From the IMG/VR virus record IMGVR_UViG_3300030333_002313: DNA of 64,000 nucleotides; one strand, written 5' to 3'. Source of the DNA: an uncultured virus (IMG/VR IMGVR_UViG_3300030333_002313). Taxonomy: Duplodnaviria > Heunggongvirae > Uroviricota > Caudoviricetes. A model generated the notes under the pieces. That model was not told where the DNA came from. It made no database searches and was given only the letters and a program-made list of their open reading frames with translations. This document shows, one piece after another, positions 1 through 6,728 of this stretch. Numbering within the stretch: position 1 is the stretch's first letter; each line of letters begins with the position of its first letter. Position numbers and translations under genes: made by a program.

Positions 1-206
1 GCAACTGGTTCACGGATCCCGTCGATATCTACGGGAGGAGCAGCGATGAACGCCACGATAAAGCAAGTAGCAGCAGCTAACAAGCAAGGAATCATTAGAA
101 CTCCAAACCAACCAACATAAATGCGGTTGTTTGTACTTGTAACCCACTCACAAAACTCACTCCATCCTGACAATAGACCCTGCTCTCTCTTTGAAAGAGT
201 AGTCAT
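1..206 (-). CDS. psbA: Photosystem II D1 protein, 5' part (runs off the left edge)
   Basis: Manual translation from ATG 206: [68 protein letters not shown], the canonical D1 N-terminus. Confidence 0.99.
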   Translation of the reverse strand, partial: MTTLSKREQGLLSGWSEFCEWVTSTNNRIYVGWFGVLMIPCLLAAATCFIVAFIAAPPVDIDGIREPV

Positions 207-316
207 TGAATTAATAGAACGTTTAATGTGTGCGGTATAAAAAGACTAATCCCATTCGGGAATCCTCGTGGTCTTGGTTTGAGGTAAGATGAACAGGTGA
301 GGAAACCCTCACCCGA
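207..316 (-). ncRNA. Structured psbA 5' leader, probably a PhotoRC-II-type cis-regulatory RNA
   Basis: Hairpin GGTGAGG-GTTT-CCTCACC (296-313), then a stem AAGAC...GTCTT enclosing TCCC/GGGA. Family assignment rests on position before a phage psbA, not on a covariance search. Confidence 0.55.
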
Positions 317-318
317 TT

Positions 319-353
319 TATTTATAGTAACAGAATGTTAAGCAGTTTGTCAA
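319..353 (-). promoter_or_regulatory. Dual psbA promoter: sigma70-like plus T4 late box
   Basis: TTGACA-N18-TACTAT overlapping TATAAATA (319-326). Confidence 0.7.
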
Positions 354-610
354 CTCTTATGGACGGTTTCTGAACCGCCACCCAACTGTTCTGATCCCTG
401 TACAGAAAAAGGATTGTACTTATCAGTAGCAATCCTATACATCTTCTCGTGCATCGTTACTTCTTCTTCTTGATCAACACCAGGAGGTTGTATCTCCGAT
501 GGTGATGTATCTAATGGTTCGTCTCTTGCTATTGGCATAAGGTCTAAAGGGTTTATTCTGTCATCAAACCAAGCATCATATTGAATCTTGTCTGGTGCAG
601 GATATGTCAT
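350..610 (-). CDS. Hypothetical protein
   Basis: 86 aa ORF starting immediately after the upstream stop, same strand as neighbours. Confidence 0.7.
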   Translation of the reverse strand: MTYPAPDKIQYDAWFDDRINPLDLMPIARDEPLDTSPSEIQPPGVDQEEEVTMHEKMYRIATDKYNPFSVQGSEQLGGGSETVHKS

Positions 611-880
611 CTACTTACCAGCAGGGGTCTTGGGAGGACAGTCTATAGTTACTGTGCCTGTCAATGGTTGATGTAAGTGTTCTAATACGTGATCAATCTT
701 CGCATTTATTTCGTGTAGATGTTGATGGATCTCGTTAAGACGTGGGTCAACTGGTGGCACATATGCCAATGGATCAGTTTGATATGCAGGATCAACTGCG
801 AAGGTCTCGCCAGTTGCTACGTCACCGATATCTATATTAATATCTTGTCCTGTAATAGGATCAGGTTGTGAGTTTGTCAT
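611..880 (-). CDS. Hypothetical protein with a short coiled coil
   Basis: 89 aa ORF preceded by a late box CTAAATA (902-908). Confidence 0.7.
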   Translation of the reverse strand: MTNSQPDPITGQDINIDIGDVATGETFAVDPAYQTDPLAYVPPVDPRLNEIHQHLHEINAKIDHVLEHLHQPLTGTVTIDCPPKTPAGK

Positions 881-904
881 AGTAATAGTGAAACTTAATT
901 TTAT

Positions 905-1057
905 TTAGTCGTGACGATGTGCTATACCAAGCTCGTGCATCTTAGAGTGCTCATCTATGGGATCTCTAACGTCCTTAGAACCAGGACCAAAAGTAAACCA
1001 TAGACCTACACCCACCAACGTGAGTAGTATGCCAATGATAATGAAAACAATAATCAT
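905..1057 (-). CDS. psbN: PsbN-like single-TM protein (50 aa; not in ORF track)
   Basis: MIIVFIIIGILLTLVGVGLWFTFGPGSKDVRDPIDEHSKMHELGIAHRHD: TM followed by the FGxxSxxxRDPxxEH PsbN signature; ATGA coupling to the upstream gene. Confidence 0.8.
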   Translation of the reverse strand: MIIVFIIIGILLTLVGVGLWFTFGPGSKDVRDPIDEHSKMHELGIAHRHD

Positions 1058-1404
1058 CGCTTAAGTAATGCGGGAACATCTCCGTCATCATCATCGTCAT
1101 CGTCTTCATCGTACCACGGATCATTAATCTCATTGATCCGTTCCTTAAGAGACTGTTGTAAATTCGAATCTGATGTCAATACTTTTCGTTTGAAGTCCTC
1201 GTCAGGAGTAAACTGAACCACCATTAATTCTTCACCTGGTTTCACATCCTTCATCTCTGGATGAGGTGGTCGTGTTACTTGAGTCGTGGACTCTACAAAC
1301 TTTCCACTACCTAATTGCTGTGCAGCATCCCATCCCTGTGACATCATTCTCACTGCGAGAACGAACAAGGTAAACATAAATGCTAGGAACACCCACTCAA
1401 TCAT
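1054..1404 (-). CDS. DUF2973-like membrane protein with an acidic tail
   Basis: N-terminal TM, HPEM...GEELMVV.F motif, poly-Asp C-terminus. Confidence 0.6.
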   Translation of the reverse strand: MIEWVFLAFMFTLFVLAVRMMSQGWDAAQQLGSGKFVESTTQVTRPPHPEMKDVKPGEELMVVQFTPDEDFKRKVLTSDSNLQQSLKERINEINDPWYDEDDDDDDDGDVPALLKR

Positions 1405-1549
1405 CTTTCGGTTTTGGTTTCTTTGTAATTTTCTTTATCATTTTTGCATAGTAAACATCCTGTTTCGTATACCAATCAGGATGCTCCTTCGCCAAGCGAA
1501 TTATCTTCTTGGCTGCTTTTCTGTTTTGTTTTCGATTCGGGTCTGGCAT
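1397..1549 (-). CDS. Small basic hypothetical protein (50 aa)
   Basis: Likely start at the internal Met: MPDPNRKQNRKAAKKIIRLAKEHPDWYTKQDVYYAK. Confidence 0.6.
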   Translation of the reverse strand: MPDPNRKQNRKAAKKIIRLAKEHPDWYTKQDVYYAKMIKKITKKPKPKDD

Positions 1550-1751
1550 TGTGGTACCACTTAATGTATAGTCGTGCGAGGTCAGACCTGAAACAAATTT
1601 CATCCTCTCTGAGTTGTTTGTATTCTCCTGAGTCGATAACCCAATCGCAAAATCTATAGTCTGCATAGTCTAATTGACCTTTGCGATCAACACAATCCTG
1701 CAAACATCGTCTACGTAGTTCAACGATTTCGTCTGTGATTTTATAGGTCAT
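1476..1751 (-). CDS. Hypothetical protein
   Basis: 91 aa ORF whose start overlaps the upstream gene end. Confidence 0.55.
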   Translation of the reverse strand: MTYKITDEIVELRRRCLQDCVDRKGQLDYADYRFCDWVIDSGEYKQLREDEICFRSDLARLYIKWYHNARPESKTKQKSSQEDNSLGEGAS

Positions 1752-1911
1752 TGATCATCCTCACGTTTTTGTAATAGGGTACGTAGTCTTTACCGAAATT
1801 GCAAAGATTAATATAGAAGTTTGCTTTTGTCTCAGACAGTCCACAATACTTCCTTAAAGTGATCCAGTGATCTGGTTTCTCCTCAAGTTGTAAACTGTAG
1901 GTACGTTTCAT
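1741..1911 (-). CDS. Hypothetical protein (56 aa; not in ORF track)
   Basis: MKRTYSLQLEEKPDHWITLRKYCGLSETKANFYINLC...; ATGA coupling to the upstream ORF. Confidence 0.6.
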   Translation of the reverse strand: MKRTYSLQLEEKPDHWITLRKYCGLSETKANFYINLCNFGKDYVPYYKNVRMINDL

Positions 1912-2057
1912 TCTTCTAGAGATTTGTTTGTTATCACAATCTTATCGCCTTCGATAGTAAATTGCAACTCGTCATCGTGGTCCCACATTAATTCTTCATA
2001 AAGAGAATTAAGTCGTTCCATATCTTCCCAAAGATCATTAACGTGATGTTCATCCAT
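1908..2057 (-). CDS. Small acidic protein, possibly AbrB-like (49 aa; not in ORF track)
   Basis: [54 protein letters not shown] coupling to the petF stop. Confidence 0.6.
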   Translation of the reverse strand: MDEHHVNDLWEDMERLNSLYEELMWDHDDELQFTIEGDKIVITNKSLEE

Positions 2058-2347
2058 TAGAAGAGATTCTCCTCCTGTTCCGTCAGAATAGTCACATCAG
2101 ATGTAGGATATGCTACGCACGTTAGTACGAAACCTGCTTCCATCTGATCCTCATCTAAGAAGGATTGATCTTCCTGATTAACTGTCCCTTCTAACACCTT
2201 ACCTGCACAAGTACTACAAGCACCTGCTCTACAGGAATATGGGTGATCGATGCCTGCTTCTTCAGCAGCATCTAGTATGTACTGGTCTGTAGCACATTCA
2301 AATGATTCAACTGAATCATCTGCCGATTTGAAAGTTACAGTTGCCAT
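2057..2347 (-). CDS. petF: Plant-type [2Fe-2S] ferredoxin
   Basis: [14 protein letters not shown] motif and LTCVAYP. Confidence 0.98.
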   Translation of the reverse strand: MATVTFKSADDSVESFECATDQYILDAAEEAGIDHPYSCRAGACSTCAGKVLEGTVNQEDQSFLDEDQMEAGFVLTCVAYPTSDVTILTEQEENLF

Positions 2348-2384
2348 TGATTAAAAACAATTCACTGCTATTTATTATAGCATT

Positions 2385-2410
2385 AAAAAACCTCCTCGAA
2401 AGAGGAGGTT
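2385..2410 (-). terminator. Intrinsic terminator ending the hli/micro-protein operon
   Basis: AACCTCCTC-TTTC-GAGGAGGTT followed by a T-run. Confidence 0.9.
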
Positions 2411-2423
2411 ATTGTATCGTGAC

Positions 2424-2528
2424 CTAGATTAGACCCATAGAACCTGCAGTTATTCCTATGGTAACCAAGAATCCGAACTCAATGAGATCCCTATAGGGAC
2501 TTAATAATATTCTGTTTTGAATTGTCAT
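2424..2528 (-). CDS. 34 aa single-TM micro-protein (not in ORF track)
   Basis: MTIQNRILLSPYRDLIEFGFLVTIGITAGSMGLI; ATGA coupling. Confidence 0.65.
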   Translation of the reverse strand: MTIQNRILLSPYRDLIEFGFLVTIGITAGSMGLI

Positions 2529-2602
2529 TGGTAAGCGAACTGACTAATGCTTGGTATCCAAACATAGGCAATTACAGTTAACAAAAATAGTGCTTGATAC
2601 AT
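2525..2602 (-). CDS. 25 aa single-TM micro-protein (not in ORF track)
   Basis: MYQALFLLTVIAYVWIPSISQFAYQ; starts 1 nt after the upstream stop and its stop overlaps the next ATG. Confidence 0.6.
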   Translation of the reverse strand: MYQALFLLTVIAYVWIPSISQFAYQ

Positions 2603-2603
2603 T

Positions 2604-2798
2604 TTATGCTCCTGATGGTACCGTTACAGGTTGCAACTGTTGTACACGCATACCCTTTCCTCCATTTGTATCATCGTCATCATCATTACCATCAATGGCT
2701 CTGATGAATAACTCAATCAATACAAGTGCTGCCATTGGATAGAAACACCAAAGAATAGCAACAAAGGGTGATATCTCGTTGACTGCTAGATCACCCAT
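2604..2798 (-). CDS. Small membrane protein with a DDDDD-x-GG tail
   Basis: 64 aa with one TM segment; starts right after the upstream stop. Confidence 0.75.
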   Translation of the reverse strand: MGDLAVNEISPFVAILWCFYPMAALVLIELFIRAIDGNDDDDDTNGGKGMRVQQLQPVTVPSGA

Positions 2799-2915
2799 TT
2801 AACTAGGGAAGTACTTAAACTTCGTGTACAGAGCTACTCCTACCCAGAAGATTAACATTGCTGCTCTTCCGTTTGCTCTGAAAAAGATATCTGCTTGAGT
2901 AGAATTGCTATTCAT
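2799..2915 (-). CDS. hli: Divergent HLIP-like protein (38 aa)
   Basis: MNSNSTQADIFFRANGRAAMLIFWVGVALYTKFKYFPS; NGRxAM motif; TAATG coupling gives the start at 2915. Confidence 0.65.
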   Translation of the reverse strand: MNSNSTQADIFFRANGRAAMLIFWVGVALYTKFKYFPS

Positions 2916-3022
2916 TAGAAGATACCTGGTATGATTTGACCTGTTGTTGCGTATGCTCCGAACGCTGCAACGAATCCAATCATTGCTGCCCATCCGTTAA
3001 ACTTTTCTGCTTCTGGTGTCAT
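2915..3022 (-). CDS. hli: High-light-inducible protein (35 aa; not in ORF track)
   Basis: MTPEAEKFNGWAAMIGFVAAFGAYATTGQIIPGIF; strong AAGGAG Shine-Dalgarno. Confidence 0.97.
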   Translation of the reverse strand: MTPEAEKFNGWAAMIGFVAAFGAYATTGQIIPGIF

Positions 3023-3101
3023 TGTTTTAAACTCCTTTCGTTAGATTTAATAGGGTTAGAAAGTGACTCGCTTATGCGAGTGGTGTAAGAGACCTTGGTA
3101 C

Positions 3102-3293
3102 CTAAAAGATACCTGGTATAACTGCTCCGAATAGGATGTAGTTATGTACGAGTGCGAAGAATCCAATCATCGCCAAGCGACCATTGAGTTTCTCTGCGTG
3201 TGGACCATATCCTTCGTAGTTTTCTACGTAAGATATTTGTGGTTCAGTCGCAAACATATTCTGTCTGCCACCTTGTTCTGTTGTTACAGTCAT
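3102..3293 (-). CDS. hli: High-light-inducible protein (63 aa)
   Basis: AEKLNGRLAMIG motif, GGRQNMFATEP N-terminus, IPGIF C-terminus. Confidence 0.97.
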   Translation of the reverse strand: MTVTTEQGGRQNMFATEPQISYVENYEGYGPHAEKLNGRLAMIGFFALVHNYILFGAVIPGIF

Positions 3294-3300
3294 TTTGTTT

Positions 3301-3348
3301 GTTAAGAACTGTTACATAATTATATAGTAAATCTTAACACTTTGTCAA
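3301..3348 (-). promoter_or_regulatory. sigma70-like hli promoter with an HLR1-like direct repeat
   Basis: TTGACA-N18-TATAAT; GTTAAGAA-CT-GTTACATA at 3301-3318 on +. Confidence 0.6.
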
Positions 3349-3398
3349 ATTTGAAGACATTATGTCAGCATACCAGAGTATTTATACCTATTCTACTT

Positions 3399-3866
3399 TT
3401 AAGCCTGAAAATAATCCTTGCGGTAGTACCGACCAAGGATGTTAGAATTATAAAAAGCAGGTTGTCCATCGGATCCTGCTTCTGTTAGTACGTTATTTAT
3501 AAACAGTTGTCTTGTCTCTTCAAAGTTTACTCTTCCTTTTGTGGAATGTAAAGATAGGATCTCCCTGCTGAAAGAGTGTCGTCCAAACTCTTTAATGTCT
3601 GCTGTAAGCTCTGGAGAACTACCGTAGTATTTTTTCCAGTCACTCTCAGACGAAACACGCCTGACCCCACCTCTAGGCTTTCTACGTTGGATGAAGTACT
3701 TTCTTCCGATGTACTTCCGACCCGTGATGAGATTTGTAATGCAGTAGACGTAACCGAAGAAGCCGTCAATGTCAGCAGAAGTAAAAGTTGAACCCTTATA
3801 GGTCCAGGGGTTCTCGTAATCTCCTTCCAAAGTTTTTTCATTAGTATTCTCCGTCGTTGTCATCAC
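3399..3866 (-). CDS. GIY-YIG family endonuclease
   Basis: GYVYCITNLITGRKYIGRK and DWKKYYGSS motifs; the true start may be slightly downstream. Confidence 0.85.
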   Translation of the reverse strand: MMTTTENTNEKTLEGDYENPWTYKGSTFTSADIDGFFGYVYCITNLITGRKYIGRKYFIQRRKPRGGVRRVSSESDWKKYYGSSPELTADIKEFGRHSFSREILSLHSTKGRVNFEETRQLFINNVLTEAGSDGQPAFYNSNILGRYYRKDYFQA

Positions 3867-3984
3867 CGATCATAATGTTTGGTCCTTCCGTGTATTTAGA
3901 CACGTCAGACCAGACCTCAGATTCCAACTCAAAGGTGATGGTTTTAAGTTGTCTGATAATCTCCTTTACTTTTTCTCTGTCCAT
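3841..3984 (-). CDS. Hypothetical protein (47 aa; not in ORF track)
   Basis: MDREKVKEIIRQLKTITFELESEVWSDVSKYTEG...; fills the gap on the coding strand. Confidence 0.65.
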   Translation of the reverse strand: MDREKVKEIIRQLKTITFELESEVWSDVSKYTEGPNIMIGDDNDGEY

Positions 3985-4133
3985 AAAGTAGGTTCTCCAA
4001 TAGGTTCGATGTCGATACCATCCATCCTCCTTACCATAGTCTTTGCTAATTCATTAGCTTGATGTTTAAAGGAAGTTTCTACTACCATACCATACTCTTG
4101 CCCTTCGTGCAAGAATTTTACTTGCCATTTCAT
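3966..4133 (-). CDS. Hypothetical protein (55 aa; not in ORF track)
   Basis: MKWQVKFLHEGQEYGMVVETSFKHQANELAK...; ATGA coupling. Confidence 0.6.
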   Translation of the reverse strand: MKWQVKFLHEGQEYGMVVETSFKHQANELAKTMVRRMDGIDIEPIGEPTLWTEKK

Positions 4134-4231
4134 CCGAATAAATGTACGTTGTGTGACTTACGAGGAGGTACATACTTATACTTCTTCTTCTTGACTGCGA
4201 TATAGATCTTCAGGAGGGTGTCACTCTTCAT
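4130..4231 (-). CDS. Small basic protein (33 aa; not in ORF track)
   Basis: MKSDTLLKIYIAVKKKKYKYVPPRKSHNVHLFG; ATGA coupling with the pyrE stop. Confidence 0.6.
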   Translation of the reverse strand: MKSDTLLKIYIAVKKKKYKYVPPRKSHNVHLFG

Positions 4232-4761
4232 AATTCTAATTCACTGAGGGTTATAAGACTCTTCAATTCTACACCCTCTGTCAAGAACCTTTCCTTAGCA
4301 CAGTCCTCTCTGTCAACAATCGTAACAACACGATCAACGTTGTAGTCTAGATCTCTTAGGACTTGAACTGCTTTGAGTGATGATCCACCTGTAGTGGTGA
4401 CATCTTCTACAACAGTGATGGATGTTCCTATGGGAGGTAACGGTCCTTCTACTTGTGATGCAGTACCGTGTCCTTTAGGTTCCTTCCTAATAATAAGACC
4501 ACACTTTCCTTTCATCACTAGACCTGACACTAATGGGTCAGCACCTAGAGTAAGACCTGCTACACAAGCAGTATCAATGTGCTTAAGCATCTCATCACAA
4601 ACAAGATTCAATCCTACAGTTGTAAGGATCAATGGTTTGCAATTAACATAATGCTGACTAGTCATACCAGAAGAGAGAGTAAATTCTCCCTTCTTATAAG
4701 CATACTTTCTCAGCAAGATCAGTAAGCTAGCTTGCTTTTTTAATTCTGTTAGTTCATTCAT
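4228..4761 (-). CDS. pyrE: Orotate phosphoribosyltransferase
   Basis: GEFTLSSG, RKEPKGHG and the PRPP loop VVEDVTTTGGS. Confidence 0.96.
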   Translation of the reverse strand: MNELTELKKQASLLILLRKYAYKKGEFTLSSGMTSQHYVNCKPLILTTVGLNLVCDEMLKHIDTACVAGLTLGADPLVSGLVMKGKCGLIIRKEPKGHGTASQVEGPLPPIGTSITVVEDVTTTGGSSLKAVQVLRDLDYNVDRVVTIVDREDCAKERFLTEGVELKSLITLSELEL

Positions 4762-5425
4762 CTTCAGGTAGCAATTCTTCCATTAGTTGTTCCCAATCTC
4801 TATCAAACTGTTCTAGACCTGCTGTAGTTAAACAATGGTCAAACAGTTTGTTGAATATGTCGTACGGTAAAGTGCATACGTCAGCACCCACTCCAAAGGC
4901 ATTGGGTACATCAAGGGGAGTCCTAATACTTGCTGCAAGGATCTTAGTTTGTACGTCATTACGGTCATAAATTTTACGAATATCTTTTATAAGAGATAGT
5001 CCATCCCAATACTGATCAGCAACCCTTCCTATAAAAGGTGAGATGTAACTAGCACCTGCCTTAGCAGCAAGAACTGCCTGTGCAGGAGAAAATACTAGAG
5101 TAACATTAGTTGAAATGTCATCAGCATTCAGATCACCACAAGCAATCAATCCTTCACGTGTACAAGGTAGTTTAACTGTAATGTTAGGTGCGATCCTAAT
5201 GTATTTGGATGCCATCTCTAGCATCTCATCAGCATTCTGACCAACCACCTCAGCAGATATAGATGCATCCCAAGGGAACATCTCTGCAATACGTTTAATA
5301 ACTTCTTCTGGATCTTGTCCCAACTTCTTCATCAGAGTTGGGTTGGTGGTAACACCATCTACAAGACCAGTCTCTAGTGCGTGACCAATGAGATCAGGAT
5401 CCGAACAATCAAGAAAGATCTTCAT
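4754..5425 (-). CDS. talC: Transaldolase (TalC/MipB type)
   Basis: GVTTNPTL, VKLP, NVTLVFS, YISPFIGR, LAASIR. Confidence 0.97.
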   Translation of the reverse strand: MKIFLDCSDPDLIGHALETGLVDGVTTNPTLMKKLGQDPEEVIKRIAEMFPWDASISAEVVGQNADEMLEMASKYIRIAPNITVKLPCTREGLIACGDLNADDISTNVTLVFSPAQAVLAAKAGASYISPFIGRVADQYWDGLSLIKDIRKIYDRNDVQTKILAASIRTPLDVPNAFGVGADVCTLPYDIFNKLFDHCLTTAGLEQFDRDWEQLMEELLPEDE

Positions 5426-5458
5426 AGTTTCTTATATCTTTAGATTATATATTACCAC

Positions 5459-5488
5459 AAAAAAAGAGATCCAACAAGGGATCTCTTT
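5459..5488 (-). terminator. Intrinsic terminator after the DUF4278 gene
   Basis: AAAGAGATCC...GGATCTCTTT followed by a T-run. Confidence 0.85.
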
Positions 5489-5526
5489 AAGTACTGACAT
5501 AGACTGTTCTAAGTCGGTGGTACAGG

Positions 5527-5661
5527 TTAAGCGTATGCTTTTTGAACCTTCAGTCCACGATACATAAGATCGTGTCTGTTACGCTTTGCATTCTCATCGA
5601 GAACCTTAGCGTTGTACTCTTTAGTGTCGTATTCGACACCACGGTAGATGACTTTTGCCAT
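5527..5661 (-). CDS. DUF4278 (downstream peptide) family protein, 44 aa
   Basis: MAKVIYRGVEYD...LMYRGLKV with two YRG motifs; GGAG SD before ATG 5661. Confidence 0.9.
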   Translation of the reverse strand: MAKVIYRGVEYDTKEYNAKVLDENAKRNRHDLMYRGLKVQKAYA

Positions 5662-5694
5662 TGTTTTACTCCAAAGTAGTAGGATTTTTAGCCC

Positions 5695-5943
5695 CGTTCC
5701 TTCAGACATTTGCGTCCCAATTACATTCCAATCCTACAGTCTCAACCAAATGAATCTTATAGATTTCAATGATCTCAGCCTTTTCATCTTCAGACAGTTG
5801 TTTATGATTCCTTGTTCGTTGTATCTTTTCAGCTACATCTTCACAAGAAATTGCTGTTGCCAGCACTGCTAGAAGAGATAGGATGGGTAACATTGGGATG
5901 AACGCTCCGTTCCGTGACCTACTTGCACCCCGAAGGGCGAACG
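5695..5943 (-). ncRNA. Double glutamine riboswitch (glnA / Downstream-peptide family) with an embedded ORF
   Basis: Two copies of CGTTC-R-[stem]-YGCAA...GGAACG: 5943-5908 (stem CCC-TTCG-GGG) and 5904-5695 (stem TCCCAAT/ATTGGGA around about 170 nt); lies directly upstream of the DUF4278 gene. Confidence 0.8.
5702..5893 (-). CDS. 63 aa protein with a signal-peptide-like N-terminus and two Cys, nested in the riboswitch
   Basis: MLPILSLLAVLATAISCEDVAEKIQ...GLECNWDANV; GGAG lies 11 nt before ATG 5893. Confidence 0.75.
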   Translation of the reverse strand: MLPILSLLAVLATAISCEDVAEKIQRTRNHKQLSEDEKAEIIEIYKIHLVETVGLECNWDANV

Positions 5944-5969
5944 TATGCATATGTTAGCATATGCACAAC

Positions 5970-6017
5970 TATTTAGCAACTTTTGTAGCTAAAACTACTT
6001 TTTGTATCTTCGTGAAC
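5970..6017 (-). promoter_or_regulatory. Late-type box with upstream NtcA-like sites
   Basis: CTAAATA at 5970-5976; perfect GTA-N8-TAC at 5985-5998; GTA-N8-AAC at 6004-6017. Confidence 0.65.
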
Positions 6018-6059
6018 CTTTTGGTTTTAACTTATGCATCTTCTTATAAAAGTCAGGTG

Positions 6060-6728
6060 TCAATGGTTCTCTGGGTTCACGTCTAAGCTCTTGTTTAAGT
6101 TGTCGGAGGAACTTGAGGTGTAATTGAAATTGATTACGCATCTCATATCATTGTATTGCGGATTGCTACTTGTGTGATACTGCAATCCATCAAACAAAAC
6201 GAACCTACCCTGTCTAGGTTCAACTTTTTGTTCTATTTCTAATTTTTGTTTGGTACCGTCGTACCTTTGTTTGAAGAAGAATGTTGGACCATCAGAGTCA
6301 TTCACATAGTAAATGATAGTCCAGTGTGGTTGATCAAAGTCAACGTGAGGAGTATGGTAGAGGGTATTAGATTCTCTTTTAGGTGCAAGATTAATTTTTA
6401 TTCTTCTGAAGTCTGAGAACTCAGGCATCTTTGTGTTAGATACTATCCACTTCCATACTGGTTCACACACTTTCTCATATCCATCGGGTGATACTATCTC
6501 ACCTAATGTATTGAGTACAGTGTGCATAAACTGTGGGTTCTCACTTGATAATTCATCAGGTATAGAGGTACTAAACTCCTTATCGTATGACGTGGTTTCT
6601 GTTTGCAAAAACCAAGGCCAATAAGGGTTGTGTAGTAACCTTGCCTTGACTGGTTCACTAATAGACTTAGGAACTTCACCTAAGTACATCCCAGATTCCC
6701 AACCTAAGTACTTCATCTCTTCATCCAT
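6060..6728 (-). CDS. 2OG-Fe(II) oxygenase
   Basis: HVD, IIYYVNDSDGPT, FDGLQYH and a distal Arg. Confidence 0.9.
   Translation of the reverse strand: MDEEMKYLGWESGMYLGEVPKSISEPVKARLLHNPYWPWFLQTETTSYDKEFSTSIPDELSSENPQFMHTVLNTLGEIVSPDGYEKVCEPVWKWIVSNTKMPEFSDFRRIKINLAPKRESNTLYHTPHVDFDQPHWTIIYYVNDSDGPTFFFKQRYDGTKQKLEIEQKVEPRQGRFVLFDGLQYHTSSNPQYNDMRCVINFNYTSSSSDNLNKSLDVNPENH

Noticed and set aside
2916..2993. 64 aa ORF 2799-2993 as a single gene
   Set aside because: Its first 26 codons are an alternative frame of the real 35 aa hli; the start at 2915 is supported by TAATG coupling.
3399..3866. GIY-YIG gene as a mobile homing endonuclease
   Set aside because: It is a short catalytic domain with no DNA-binding extension or intron context; more likely a resident T4-like nuclease.
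5894..5950. Longer 82 aa version of the nested ORF, and the 60 aa version of the DUF4278 ORF starting at 5709
   Set aside because: The extensions read through riboswitch sequence and lack SDs; ATG 5893 and ATG 5661 have GGAG elements and sensible N-termini.
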